Below, one piece after another: positions 15,210 to 52,629 of a stretch of 64,000 bases of DNA. Source of the stretch: the human T2T-CHM13v2.0 reference genome, Homo sapiens; the NCBI RefSeq assembly GCF_009914755.1, contig NC_060933.1. One strand, 5' to 3'. The translations under genes were made by a program, and so were the position numbers. Position 1 is the stretch's first letter, and each line of letters opens with the position of its first letter. Below the pieces are notes generated by a model. It was not told where the DNA came from. It did not search any database and saw only the letters and a list, made by a program, of their open reading frames with translations.

Positions 15210-15444
15210 ATCGGCTCACACGCACCTGAGAGGTCGGAAGAGGCGGGCGCTTCTCTGCCTCCCCCACCCAGGCCCCTTGCAGTTTGTATGCCCTCACCCT
15301 GGATAAAAGATTTTGGTTCAACTAGAACTATCTTTTCTAGATCTCATTCCTTTATAACTTTTTTGCTCACAGGAAAAAAACAGGATTATAAAGCCTCTGG
15401 AATACGGTCACAGTCGCCAGACTGGGCCCTAGGAGGGCTGAGTT

Positions 15445-17065
<1,621 letters not shown>

Positions 17066-18929
17066 TTTTACCCAAAAAACAACAAACATCAGGTCTCTGG
17101 GCTTAGCACCCCTTGGAGAAAGAGGCTACAGGTGGTCAGGAGTAGAGCCTGCAAATCTTTATTTTTCAACTTGTCCCAGTGATTCTAGAGCATAGTCTTG
17201 TTTGAAAATCAATGGTTTAAGCAGACCAAAGCAGAGAGGTGGGCAGCCAAAAGTCCACAAACAGCACTGTCCTCCACACCCAGGCATCCTCAAAAATGTT
17301 TAGGGACAATCAATTGCTCTACACCCCAACAATCAACACCAAGCAACGGAAACACCAGGGGACACTTGCGGAAAGTCAGACCATCAAAAATCCCATCTTC
17401 CCATACCCTCAGCCACCCCAGGAAACACACCATCTAAATAAAATGGCACATCTAGCCCCTCCCCCCAGAAGACTATCCCTAAAACATTCTTAAATAGAAA
17501 TTCTAAGCCATAAATTTATTTCCCCTTTTTAGGAATCAACTCATGCCTTGGTCAGTGACTAACACACCTACTACTACTCATGACACATTGGTTAGTGCCC
17601 CTAATCTTCCTCATCTCCCTAATTTTGGGACCCCAGCCGAAATGGTTTAGTCTTGCTGGAAATGTTCCCACTGGCCACTAGGGGAAGTAGTGCCTGGATT
17701 ATACACATCCCCTGAGCCTCCAATCCCCAGCTCCTGAAAACTGCCACACATGCAAATTTCTCTTTTTGGGGGTAGTCAGTAAGGCATCTTCAGATTCAAG
17801 ACCCACGTTGTAATGATTCTGGACTTGGTTTTAACTCAGGGTAAAATTCCAGCAGTCTTTTAACTTATCTGAGCCTCAGTTTTCTCATCTGTAAACTTAG
17901 CACAATGAGCCCTTTGGGGCTAGCCTCCCTACAGCACCGACACCCTTAGTGTAGCATCTCCCTCTCCCTTGGCTATTCCTGCATCCACAGCCAGCAGCAA
18001 ATGTGGACATATGGGATTGAGAGTAGGCAAGGAAGTCCCTGGAAGACAGCAACCATTGAACTGGGTCATGAGTGTAAATGGCAAGCCTGTTCTTCCCTAG
18101 TTCTGCCAGGAGGATGGAGTGTCAGCAGAAGTCTATGGAGGTTCCTCCCAATTGACCACACTGGGAAATTCTCCCAACAATGACTCTTCAAAGCCATCCT
18201 GGTAAATTCTTCCTCTTGAGTGGTTCCCAAACAGTTGCCTCATTTTCTCCAGAACTTTACAAGTTCAACGTCCATGGTTTGGATCATGGTTTGGGCTCAA
18301 ATTCATGTTTGTCCCTATACATTTATATATTTTTTAAGGAATAAGAAAAGTTCGATTATGCATTGCTTATCCAAACAGGTTTGCAGCTTCGAGAGTTTTA
18401 AAACTAGTGCTTGGATTCAGGGCTAATTTTCCCTGGTAATTGAGGGCAGTTTTGTTGCTAAAAGGCTGAGTTGCTTCAAAGTTCCTTTTATTTCCCTTAA
18501 TCCCAAAGCCTGTGTGAGACAGTCATTGATGAACATTGCAAACATCCTCATTCTCCTTAACTACATAATTCTCTACGCCTAACTAAAATAGAATAAACTA
18601 GAATGGAAAGAAAGAACCCTTCAACATAAAAAACTTCTAAGCCAATAGTCCATGTTTTAAGTCACTATCCAACAAGCAAGGACAAATTGGGTAAAAGAAA
18701 ACAAAATCTCAAGTGTCAATAGCAGTGAAATAAATAGATTACATTAAGAATCACCTCTTTAAAAATATGCTGGCCCAGGCAGTTTAGAGGCATGTTAAAT
18801 CTCCAATGAATTGAAAATATTTCTGCTATTTAAACTGTTCTGTAGGATAGAAACAAATAAAAAAAATTCTAAGTTTATTTTACTAATCTAGCACAATCCT
18901 GATGCCATGGCTGGTGGGAGGATAAATTA

Positions 18930-19450
18930 GTAGATGTGTTCTGGAGCAGCCAGTGAGTTACAAGGAAATTAGAGTGTGATGTCATGAAGTAACATGAAGA
19001 AAGTGTTCCAAGAGTCAGTGACAACTAAAATAAGAACCAAGAAGTGACCATTGGATTGGCAACATAAGGGTCATTGCTGACCTTGACAAGCATATTCTCC
19101 ATGGAGAGGCGAGAACAAAGGCTAATTAGAGTGGGTTGAGGATATAATGTGAAGTGAGGAAGTAGAGAATGTGACAAAGAAAAACTCAAGAAGTTTCATG
19201 AAGGGAAACAGAGAGGAGCAGCAGCTGCAAGATGATGTGGAAATAAGGAAGGAATATTTGTTTAATAGTATATGCTAGAGCTTGTTTGGATGCTCATGCA
19301 AATGATCCAGGAGTTGGAGAGAAACTGATAGTGAGGAAAGGAGAGGAGATAGTTACAGGTGATATGGGATAGAAACCAGAGGACCATAGGCCTTGGATGA
19401 GATCATTCATCCTTAGCAAAAAGGGGAAAACAGAGAGTGTGGGCACTTGG
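18930..19450. mobile_element. L2 remnant
   Basis: gtgaccattggattggcaacataagggtcattgctgaccttgacaag. Confidence 0.55.
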
Positions 19451-19619
19451 AGGGTAATTATGATGTGCATAAAGATTTTTCCATATGGACATTTATTGAA
19501 ACATTGCTTATAATAGCAAAAAATAGGAAACAACCTAAATGCCCGAAAGAACATGGACTGAATATTTCAGAGTATTAAGCAGTCATTAAAAGTGATGTTA
19601 TGTACCTATAACTACCATT

Positions 19620-21300
19620 AAACTTAATGATAAAGGCTAAATGCTTTCCCCTAAGATTGGGAACTAGGCAAGAATTTCTGTTTTCACCATTCCTATTCAA
19701 CATAGGACTGGAAGTCCTAGCCAGTGCAATAAGGCAAGAAAAAAAAAAGGCATACAGATTGGAAAGGGGTGGGGCGGGGCTTGTCCTTATTTTCAGACGA
19801 CTTGACTGTCTATGTAAAAAATTCCAAGAAATCTACCAAAAAAACCTCTTAGAACTAATAAATGGATTTAGCAAAGCCACACGATACAAGGTCAGAATGC
19901 AAAAATCAATATATTTCCATAAACTATCAGTGGACAATGGGAAACTGAAATTTAAAACACAATACTGTTTATCATTGCTAGGAAAAGAAAGGAAAGAAGG
20001 ACAGAAGATAGAGTTAAGTATATATCTAACAAAACATGTACAGCATCTGTATGCTAAAAACTACAAAACCTGAAAGAAATCAATTAAGATGTAAATAAAT
20101 GGAGAGGCATGCCATGTTCATGGATTGCTAAGACTCAATATAGTAAAGATGTCAATATAGTAAAGGTGTCAATTCTCAAATTGATTTACAGGTTTAATAT
20201 AATTCTTATTAAAATCCTAGTGGGTTTTTTACAAATATGGACAAACTAAATCTAAAATTTAGATGGAAAAGCAAAGTAACCAAATCATTAAAACCGTTTT
20301 AAAAAAGAATAAAGTTGGAGGAATTGTATTACCTGATTTTAAGACTTACTGTAACTACAGTAATTAAGATAATGTGGTACTGACAAAGTTATAGAGACAT
20401 AAACCAATGACAAAATAGAGAGTTCTGAAATAGACCCACACAAAGATGGCCAACTGATTTTTGACAAAGATGCAATGACAACTCAATTGGAAAGGGATAG
20501 TCATTTCAACAAATGGTGTTTGAATTCTTGGACATGAACTTCAACCTAATCTTCACATATTATTCAAAAAGTAACTAAAAATGGATCATAGATCTGTGTG
20601 TAAAATATAAAACTATAAAGTACTTAGAGAAGGCCATGTCTTTAATCCCACTACTTTAGGAGGCTGAGGCAGGAGGATTGCTTGAGACCAGGAGTTTGAA
20701 ACCAGCCTGGGCAATATAGCTTAGACCCTGTCTCTACAAAAGAAAAAAAAAATAATTAAGGAGACATGGTTGCACATGCCTGTAGTCCCAGCTACTTGGG
20801 AGGCTGAGGTAGAAGGATTGCCTGAGCCCTGGAGTTCAAGTCTGTAGTGACCTATGATCATGCCACTGCACTCCAGCCAGGATGACAGAGTGAGGCCCTG
20901 TCTCTAAAAACAAACAACAACAACAACAAAAAAAAAGAGAGAAGACTTTTAAAGGAAAACGTAGGAGAAATTACTTGTGACCTAGGGTTAGGCACAGAAT
21001 TTGTAGATATGACACCAAACATATAATCTATAAAAGAAAATATTGATCAATTGGATTTCATCAAATTAAAAATATTTGCTCTCAAGACCCTGATAAGAGC
21101 ATGAAAGAAAAAGCCACAGATGGGAAAAAAATTTTCAATATCGTATCTGACAAAGGACTTGCATCATCCAGAATACATAGAGAACTCTCTAAACTCTATA
21201 CAAACAAAATTAAAAATTCAATTTAAAAATGGTCAAAAGACTTGAACAGACAATTCATCAAAGAATATACATGGATGGCAAAAAAGAATGCTCATGAAGA
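19620..21300 (+). mobile_element. L1M ORF2 remnant interrupted by AluJ (20632-20936)
   Basis: ORF 19627..20073 retains L1 RT peptide FPLRLGTRQ..SPFLFNI.LEVLASAIRQEK; many stops. Confidence 0.85.
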
Positions 21301-21389
21301 TATTCATTATCATCTATTTGTAACCAATAAAAGTAACTCTGCACTAAGTCAAAAAAGACAACACTGCAGTTTCTACAAATTTACTAGGA

Positions 21390-21745
21390 TGTTCACTGTT
21401 GAAGCCCTGAGTTGTCACGTAAGAAGATAGCTACGCTGCAAGGAAGCCCAAGCCACATGGAGAGGCTTCAGTTGAGAGCCTCAGCTGAGGCCCCAGCCGA
21501 TAGTTCACATCAATTGCCAGATGTGTGAATAAAGAGACATCCAGATGACTCTAGTCCCCAGCCATTGTCACTCCCATTCACCTAGCCTTCCCAATTGAGG
21601 TTCCACATCTTGAAGCAGATACAAGTCTTTTCCACCATTCTCTATCCAAATTAACAACCTGCCGAATTCATTAGCCTAATAAAATGATGCTTTAAGCTAC
21701 AAAATTTGGGAACAATTTATTATCCAGTAATAGTAACCAGAACAA
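21390..21745 (+). mobile_element. MLT1 LTR fragment
   Basis: ggaagcccaagccacatggagagg...aatagtaaccagaaca. Confidence 0.65.
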
Positions 21746-21998
21746 ACTGGTACTCTTTGTTCCTATTGCAAAACATATTGACTGCAAATCAGCGAACATG
21801 CTTACTAACATCTACTAACAAGTATGAAGCCACTCTCTGTCATGCTCGCTTTCATATCTTCCTTCCAGGTGAATTGTGCTTATGAAGAGACATGTGTTGT
21901 TTCCAAATCTGTCAATGTAAGCTGTATTTATTATGATAATTACACAGTTGAATTAAAAATATATAAGCCAGTAAAGCCTTGGCATGAAAAGAGAGTTA

Positions 21999-22444
<446 letters not shown>

Positions 22445-22664
22445 TCAGATGTCTTTCAAGTGTCATTAAGTTCTCATTCCACTTTAAGGAAATCAAAACT
22501 ACATATTATAGTTGGTGCATTAGATGAGTGTGGTTTACGTAAGAAAGACAAGCTGCAATTCCAATCAGTGGCCCCACATTTAAAGGAAAGGACTTGGCCC
22601 TACATCTAAAGATTGGCAAAGGAATATACTTTTATATGTTTTAAGTTAAAATAAAATGTTTAAT

Positions 22665-23275
22665 GTACCAACCCTTTGACCCAGCAAATCCACTGGTGGG
22701 TATAAACCTAAGAGAAATGAAAACATATGTCCACAAAAATACTTAAGCAGAAACGTTCATAGCAGCATTATGCATAAAAACCCAAGCTGTAAAACCAAAT
22801 GTCTTTCAAGAGGAGAATAGATCAACAAATTGTGATATATTCCTACTGAAATAATACTCAACCATAAAAAGGAGTAAATGCAACAACATGGGTAAATTTC
22901 ACGGACATGACACCGAGTAAAAGAAGCCAGACCCAAAAGAGTCCATCCTGTATGAATTCATTTATATAAAAGTCCATTACAGGCAAAACTAGTCTACAGT
23001 GGGAGAACTCTAGAAATTTCCATGGTGATCAAATCACACTTCTGTGTCTATTTGTCAAAATTGTACGCTAAGATTTGCATATTTGAATGTACATAAACTT
23101 TACCTAAAAAATAGAATTTAAAAGCTCCAGTGGGGGATGGGGAGAAGATGGAGTTAGAAATGAAACAAGAATGGCAGAATGATGATAATTGCTGAAGCTG
23201 GGTGATGAGTACATGGGACTCATTATACTACGCTGATTATTTTGTATACGTTTGGAATTTTCCACAGTAATTTTT
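22665..23275 (+). mobile_element. Old L1 3' fragments
   Basis: tgacccagcaaatccact...gaaatgaaaacatatgtccac. Confidence 0.7.
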
Positions 23276-23739
23276 TAAGGTAAAATGTTTAAGGAATGTG
23301 TTATTGCCTATGATTCTCAGTTTTAACCAACTTTTTTGATGAACTGATAAACTCCCTGCCCCAGTGAGGGCCTCTGCTGCACAGATTCCCCTGTGCTCTC
23401 TCCTGAGCTTTGGCAAAGGGTTGGCACCAGTGAGCTTTTCAAACCACAGCCAGGACTCTATGCCACGTATTCTAACACTTAAATAATATCTGCCATGTTG
23501 TGCAACTGATGTCTTGGTAGCTCCTTAAACTATTAAGTGAAAGGTGAGGTGACAGAGCAGGAGAACAAACAAATATGAACTTTGTTTTCAGACAGAGCTG
23601 GGGTCAAGACTCAGGTCTAGCATTTTTAATCTATGTAACCGAAGGCAATTTAATGTCCCTGAGCTTCTACGTCCTTCCGTCTGAGGGCCAGGAAAAAGTT
23701 GTGTGGAGGCTGCTCTTGTTTCCCCCTTTATCTGTTACC

Positions 23740-24222
23740 CCCTTTTCCCAGTAATAGAAGTCTTGAGATGTGTGTACAGTCTTACAGAATATCAGCCTCC
23801 CTTGCAGCTAGGTGTGGGTGTATGACTAAACTCTCCCTGTGAGAAATAAGAGTACATCATGTGACAGCTTCTAGGAATCTTCTTTAAAATAAAACAGGCA
23901 TACCCTCTTTGCTTCTCTTTCATCATCCCTTTTTTCCATCTTGTTGTCTTGAATCATCATCAAGACAATATCTTATTGTCTTGAATGTGGATGTGCTGAC
24001 TGGAGATGTAGCCACCACTATCTTGGACACCATAGGAACAGAGAAGTGGCAAGTAGGCAGGGGCCCTAAAACCTTCCTGGAACAGAGCTGCCATTCCTGC
24101 CCTGGACTCCCTACCTATGGATTTTTATGTAAAAAAGAAATAAACATCCTCATTTCATAAACCACTGCTGAAGTTTCCACTACACAACTATAAGTCCGCA
24201 ACTGCACTCAAATCTAACCAAT
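23740..24222 (+). mobile_element. ERVL-class LTR (LTR33/LTR16-like)
   Basis: cagcctcccttgcagctaggtgtgg...gaaataaacatcc. Confidence 0.5.
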
Positions 24223-24589
24223 GAAATACCTACTTCATGGTGTGCAGTGATGAGTGGACGTGCACATGTGTCTAACATATATTAGCTATTGAAGATAGTA
24301 ATAACTCATCACTATCATTACAGCCCTCGAGTTACTGTCTTGTTGATTTTCTGCACCCTGCTCTGTTTCTAGCGATAAATAACCCACAGTGGGCTTTAAC
24401 AAATACTTGTGGGAGTGAGTTGAATATCTCACACTCCAGCTTTTAGTGATAGAAGACATACTGGTCCAAAGGAGAATAATTCAATAGTATAATGGTAATC
24501 ATTGGCCAGGTAGGATTTAACATAATTCTAAAAGAAAGAATGGTTGGATGAAAACAATGGAATATTGAGATGGGTACCCCCATTAACTA

Positions 24590-24835
24590 CAGGTCAAGTT
24601 TCTCAACATTGGCAATACTGACATTTGGGTCCAGATAATTCTGTGTTGGTTGGGGGTAGGGGCAGTGCTGTGCCCTGTCGGATGTTCCGAAGCATCGCTG
24701 GCCTCTATCAATGAGAGATGCCAGCAGCATTCTCCTTCCCTGAGTTGTGACAACCAAAAACGTTGCCAGACATTTTTGCGAAAAATGCAAAATGTCTTCT
24801 AGGGGACAAAATCGTTCCCCAGTTGAGAACCACTG
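24590..24835 (+). mobile_element. MER20 (hAT-Charlie)
   Basis: ttctcaacattggcaatactgacatttggg...cccagttgagaaccactg. Confidence 0.85.
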
Positions 24836-24857
24836 CTAAGATGGAGGTGTATATTTA

Positions 24858-25238
<381 letters not shown>

Positions 25239-25299
25239 TTAAACTTTTTATCCAGGAATCCTACTCTGGGGAAATAATTGGTAATGCACACACAGCAAC

Positions 25300-26510
<1,211 letters not shown>

Positions 26511-26576
26511 AAGTTGAAACATCACAACAAGAAAATGCACATACAAGGATGGATGTTGTTATAAGGTTTTGTGGGG

Positions 26577-26878
26577 TTGTTTGTTTGTTTGTTCGTTTTT
26601 TGAGACAGGGTCTCACTCTGTTGCTCAGACTGGAGTGACGTGATCTCAGCTCATGCAGCCTCCATTTCCTGGGCTCAAGAGAGATCCTCTAGCCTGAGCC
26701 TCCCAGGTAGCTGGGACCACAGGTGTGCACCACCACACCTGGCTAATTTTTTAATTTGTTGTAGAGAAGGGGTCTCACTATGTCTCAGGCTGGTCTCAAA
26801 TGCCTGGGCTCAAGCAATTATCCTGCCTTGGCCTCCCAAAGTGATGGGATTACAGGTGTGAGCCACTGTGCCCAGCCT
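26577..26878 (-). mobile_element. AluJ
   Basis: Diverged Alu dimer. Confidence 0.88.
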
Positions 26879-27152
26879 ATAAGATTTTTAAAATCAGAAA
26901 ACACCTAGATGCACATAAAAAAGGGATGGTAAAATAAATTATGTTCAGTACTATGAACAAATATTAAGCAAACATTATAAATCATCTTTGGAATAGCTAC
27001 TATCACGAGGAAATATGCTTTAATCTTAAGAGGAAAGGCAGATATAAAATCTACCCTTAGATTCACAAGCACACACACAAAACACACACATGAAAATTAT
27101 AAAAGGAAATTCACAATCAGTGAAGAGTGGTTCATTCTGGATGGTGGGATAA

Positions 27153-27554
<402 letters not shown>

Positions 27555-27809
27555 GGAAAATGGTTTTTTAAAGATTTTTAAAAGACAGTTTATTTCCACA
27601 ACTTACTGGAGATTTATAGACTATAAGAGCTGAATAAAAAAGGATAAATCATGTATAAAACCTTCTAATGTTACTGATGAGGTAACCAGAGCCCAAAGAG
27701 GCTAAGGGGCTTGGCGCTTCCTCAGTCACCTTGCCAGAGCCTGTGAAACTGAAACAGGTTCTTTCCTCCTCTCGCCTCCTTTTCTTTCTTTCTTAGAGAC
27801 CCTGCCCCT

Positions 27810-27841
27810 TACACACACACATGCGCGCGCGCACACACACA
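27810..27841. repeat. (CA)n(CG)n alternating purine-pyrimidine tract
   Basis: acacacacacatgcgcgcgcgcacacacaca. Confidence 0.85.
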
Positions 27842-28679
27842 AAGCAACTCAAAAAAATTGAGAGATTTATTTCCCCAAATTAGCCTCTGTTCTAACATTT
27901 CTACCAGATTAGGTAGGAAAGACCCAACAGCTTCTCTCCCAGAACATTAGAGGGCAGTAGCGAGTCAGGCCCGCCGCACTATAGGATGAACTATAGTGAG
28001 GACAATCATCTCTTTTGGCATGAGAAGCACAAGAAACTGATTAAAATTGGCCCTAGACTCTTCAGCTTTCTCTGGTAAGCCCTGGCTTACAGAGTCTTTG
28101 AAGTGGGGTGCTCTGGTTCCCATCCACAAGAGCAAGAAAGGGATGACACCCCAGGGAGCCGCCCCAGCAACAGCTGCCAATACTTCTTGGAGCAGCAGCC
28201 CATAATCACCTCATTTTCCTGCTCCCAGTGCCATCCGAAAGGGACTCTGCGGCCTTCGGCTTCCTGGGAGGTAGCACAGATGGAAGGCTGCAAGGACGCA
28301 GAGGGAACACGTCTATCAAAACGGCCGGCTTCTGATGCTGGGCCCTGGGGTCCCAAGCCCTCCAAAGATAAGAGAATCAGGCGAGAAACAAGAGCCCAGC
28401 ACTTTTCCGCAGAAACAAAAGGTCAGTGAAACTTGGCAGGCCTCCCTGTTCCTGAATGATTCCCAGAGGATAGTAAATTTGGAAAGTGGTCAGTGTTGAA
28501 ATCCAGACATATGGGCCTGGCTGCTGAAGCCTGGCTCCCTCCTGTTGCCTCCACAACATGTGAGAGTGAAATATACAGAGTTGAGGGCACGGCATTCACC
28601 CCTTGCCATTAATTTCGATTAAATAAACTTAGCCCAGACGTAGGGCTCTACTGTTCTGCTTTAGCCAAGGTGTGCGGGA

Positions 28680-28860
28680 AACGCCAGCTCTGCCACTCAC
28701 TGGTCAAGTGAACCCACACACATGAGTTAAGTTTTCTGTGCCTCAGTTTCCTCATCTGTAAAATGAAGGCAATACTAATAGTACCTACTTCTTCAGTTGT
28801 TATGAGGCTTTACATAGTCCCTGACTACAATTAGTGTTCAATGAATGATAGCTATTATCT
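28680..28860 (+). mobile_element. MIR
   Basis: ctgtgcctcagtttcctcatctgtaaaatg core. Confidence 0.8.
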
Positions 28861-29913
28861 ACTACTAATGATGATGAGGATAAAGATCTTAAAATATGGA
28901 GTTTTTCTGCCCTCATTTCGTAAGAAGTCAGTTCAACGTCTTGGGGCCTTTACTGTTAGGAAATTCTCTCTTACTTTAAGAACCCTCAAGAAGCTTGTTG
29001 GACAACCGTGCAAATCAACCTAGGATTATTACACTAGAAAACCCGTATCACACATCTAAAACTTACCTCTAAATATCTGCCCCAGGCCATTTAAGCTGAA
29101 GTGTGTCTCTGTTCTTACCTAAGGTGCTGGTTGTAGAAGTTGTTCCTGAAAGGCCAATTCACCAGGGTTTGATTGGAAGGTTCTAGAAACACAGTGTCTA
29201 CACTTTTATAAGTCGCTCTAGTGCCAGTGGAAAGGCCAAGTAATTCATCCTACTTACACTAAACTTAGGACAAACACTTACACTAAGATGGATGAATGGA
29301 GAACACATTTTCTAGAGATGAGCATGACAATATCCACCATTCCATCGGATGCTCTTCCCATGGCAGGTTTTGCATCTTCTCCCATTGAATCTGGGAGGGC
29401 TTGGGCACAATACCACGTGACTTCCAGGGGTAAGTCATACAGGACAGTACAGCTTCCTCCCAATTTTCTTTGGGATGCTCATTCTTGGAAGGCAGCCACC
29501 ATGCTTCGAGGAAGACCAAGCAGCCACTCAGAGAGGCCATGTATAGGGGCTTCATGTGACAGCCCCTGCTGGGGTCCCAGCCAACAACTCCCTCAATCTC
29601 CGGACAAGTAAGGATGCAGTCCTTCAGATAATTCTAGACCTAGGGCTGGACACATCACTCCATGTGTCCCCAGCACCCCAAGAGTTGGAGACCCTCAGAA
29701 ACCTCATTTCTAGTTACCAACTCCTGCATTAGAGCAAGGGTTTTTTAAACATTTTGAGTATCCTATCCTGTTTTTGTTTTTACCAACAATCTTACATAGA
29801 ACCTCAAATATAAATAAAATAGATAAAGCTGGTGTTGCATTCATTGATGTGGGTCGGGAGGAGACCAGAAACTGGCCTGATGTAACTGTTGCCTGACGTC
29901 TTCCTCTGTTCAA

Positions 29914-30550
29914 TGTGAAAGATAAATAAATCTTGGGACCCCAAAATCCCTAAGCCAATGGGACAAGTCAAGCTGGGAGCTGCATCAGGTAAACCTGCCT
30001 CCCATTTTATTCCTAAATAAGATGACTACAAAGAAAAAAAGCTACAGACCTCCTTTGCAATTTGCCCACTAAGAAATTCCTTGTGTGTCCCAAGATCTTT
30101 ACCCTAAAATGGTTCTGTGGAATTTTATCCTGACAATGTAAATTGATCACTTGTCTTCACAGGACGGAGAGAAAGGACAAAACTCAAAGTCATCTCTCTG
30201 CTCACCTGAGACAAGTACACATCTGATTGCTTCCTCTGATGTAAAAAAGCAGAGTCACTGAGCTAGACAAGGCATAAGTGACTATTCCTCTACCCCCTCC
30301 CACATGTGAATTGTGTATTTGGTGAAAGGCTGATCAAAGACTCAAAAGAATGCAACCGCTTGTCTCTTATCTGCCCATACCTTTGCAAAATTTCTTCCTC
30401 TTTCCCCAATATTCTCCCTTTAAATATTGAAGCCTTCAAAATCATCATTGGAGAAAGGCACAAACTTGCCTCCCAGGTGCACGTCCTTAACCTTGGCAAA
30501 ATAAACTTTCTAAATGATTGAGATCTGTCTCAGACACTTTTGGGTTCACA
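29914..30550 (+). mobile_element. MER4-family (ERV1) solo LTR
   Basis: TG...CA termini (tgtgaaagataaataaatcttgggacccc ... gggttcaca); internal AATAAA near 30500. Confidence 0.85.
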
Positions 30551-30672
30551 CCAATTTCCTGGGTCTTTCAGGAACCCTGTTTGAGAACAGGTGAGCACTT
30601 CAGGACAACAGCACAGATTGGCACCACAACTTTCCCAGAGATATTCAGACTCAAGTAAAGTGGCAAAAAATG

Positions 30673-30678
30673 TGTATT
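30673..30678 (-). terminator. Candidate variant polyA signal (AATACA) of HSD17B3
   Basis: AATACA ~130 nt after the stop; no AATAAA seen on this strand before 30011. Confidence 0.5.
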
Positions 30679-30809
30679 CTATGCCTCTGTGACCCCAGCC
30701 CCCTCCATCTTCAGCGGACTAGGTTGAAGTGCTGGTCTGCTCCTCTGGTCCTCTTCAGCCAGCATGGGACTGGTGAGGAAAAGGTTGTGCTGGACTCCTC
30801 ACCGCCTGG

Positions 30810-50371
<19,562 letters not shown>

Positions 50372-50730
50372 TTAAGGTGACTTGGTCCTGAGACTGTGCA
50401 CATACTGGCAGGATGACATGGTTGCTTCACCTGGGTTTAAGTGTGCAGAATGTGACAAAGCTTTCTGGGCTAGGAACAACACAACCCCAATGGGCCAGGC
50501 TAACTAGTAGGGCCATCATGATAGGAGTTAACACTTATTGTGTGTTTATTGTGTGCGGGGAACTTTTCTAAGTGCTTTCCTTGTCCAGGCCCACAAACTG
50601 AAAGTGCTTCTCTGAAATTCATGGGCTCAGCTATGCATCAGAATTTAAAATACTGGGGACTTTATACTATATCTTATGTAGCAGGGGGTGGGGCAGCATC
50701 CCATAATAAAAGCAGTGTTTCTGCCCCAAC

Positions 50731-51123
<393 letters not shown>

Positions 51124-51519
51124 TGAGTCCCAACAGAAGAGAAAACGGGATGGGGAGCACAGGGTAGAGAGCTGGACGCGTCCCCTGAGATCAGCAGGGC
51201 GGCCCTGCAGAGTGGATAATGCCTGGACTCCAGAGGGCTGCGTGAAGGGGTGGGGAGCTGCGTGCTTCACACAGAGCAGTCAGAGAGATTCCGCGGGGGA
51301 CACGTAAACGTGGAGCGCTGGGGGGTCACAGGCCGCTGGAGATGTGTCTGTACCTAAAACTGCTACCAGTGAGAAAAGTTAGAGTTTTTCCTGAAAGACG
51401 AAAGGAAAAACCAACATTCGTTTAAACAGAGACGGATGACATTTGAATTAGTGACAAAGGCCCCACTTTATTGAAATCTGTCTCTGTGGTTTCAGTCAAA
51501 TGATTCATGCTGTTATTTT

Positions 51520-51564
51520 CTTTAATTGTGGTAAAATACACATAACAAAATCTACCACCTTAAC
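51520..51564 (-). mobile_element. Old L1 (L1M-type) 3' terminal fragment fused to U6
   Basis: GTTAAGGTGGTAGATTTTGTTATGTGTATTTTACCACAATTAAAG resembles L1MA/MB 3' ends. Confidence 0.7.
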
Positions 51565-51668
51565 AAAAATGTGGAATACTTTACAAATTTCTGTGTCATC
51601 CTTGGGAACTCATGCTAATGTTCTCTGTATGGTTCCAATTTTAGTATATGTGTTGCAGAAACAAGCAC
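51565..51668 (-). pseudogene. Near full-length U6 snRNA processed pseudogene (5' part of a U6-L1 chimera)
   Basis: Minus strand GTGCTTGTTTCTGCAACACATATACTAAAATTGGAACCATACAGAGAACATTAGCATG...CAAGGATGACAC...TTCCACATTTTT aligns with U6 end to end; ACAGAGA box retained, CpGs decayed. Confidence 0.93.
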
Positions 51669-51700
51669 TACACTGTTATTTTAAAAAGTTACGTATTATA

Positions 51701-52037
<337 letters not shown>

Positions 52038-52183
52038 TTATAGAAAACACATAAGAAGCTGAATTATGAATTGTGGTCTATAATATATAGTCTCCAATAG
52101 CCAGCAATTCACTATGGCCCACGGTCTCAGAATCACCCAAGGAGAGGTCAAAAAAAAAAAACACTGATTCCCACCAAACCGTC

Positions 52184-52576
52184 TGATATGGTTTGGATCT
52201 CATGTCAAATTGTAATCCCCAATGTTGGAGGTGGGGCCTGGTGGGAGGTGATTGGATCGTGGGGGCCATTTCTTATGGATTAACACCATCCCCCAGGTGC
52301 TGTCGTGGTAAGAGTGAGTCATCTCCGGATCTGGTGGTTTAGGAGTGTGTGGCACCTCCCCCTTCTCTTCCTGCTGCTCCAGGCATGAGAAGTGCTCGCT
52401 CCCTCTTTGCCTTCCGCCACGTTTGTAAGTTTCCTGAGGCCTCCGAAGCCGAGCAAATGCCAGCATCATCCTTCCTGTACAAGCCTGCAGAACTGTGAGC
52501 CAATTAAACCTCTTTTCTTTATAAATTACCCAATCTCAGGTATTTCTTTATTGCAGTGCAAGAACGAAATAATACA
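52184..52576 (+). mobile_element. MSTA MaLR solo LTR
   Basis: tgatatggtttggatct...aataca; 5-bp TSD ccgtc/ccatc. Confidence 0.88.
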
Positions 52577-52629
52577 CCATCCCGATAAAAATCTCTGGGG
52601 TGGCAGCCTCAGGATTTTCATCTTTTTCT

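Noticed and set aside
14328-15321. Long GC-rich ORFs (up to 175 aa) in the CpG island
   Set aside because: Stop-poor GC sequence gives ORFs in several frames; low-complexity P/R/G/A peptides with no domain.
19078-19086. Perfect TGACCTTGA nuclear-receptor site
   Set aside because: Lies in an L2 remnant and is expected by chance in 64 kb.
19627-20073. 148-aa ORF with reverse-transcriptase-like peptide
   Set aside because: Decayed L1 ORF2 fragment, not a functional gene.
27965-28429. Overlapping ORFs (27965..28180-, 28087..28365-, 28103..28429+), one with a short hydrophobic stretch
   Set aside because: No recognisable homology; joining the two minus ORFs needs a frameshift; no supported splice link to HSD17B3.
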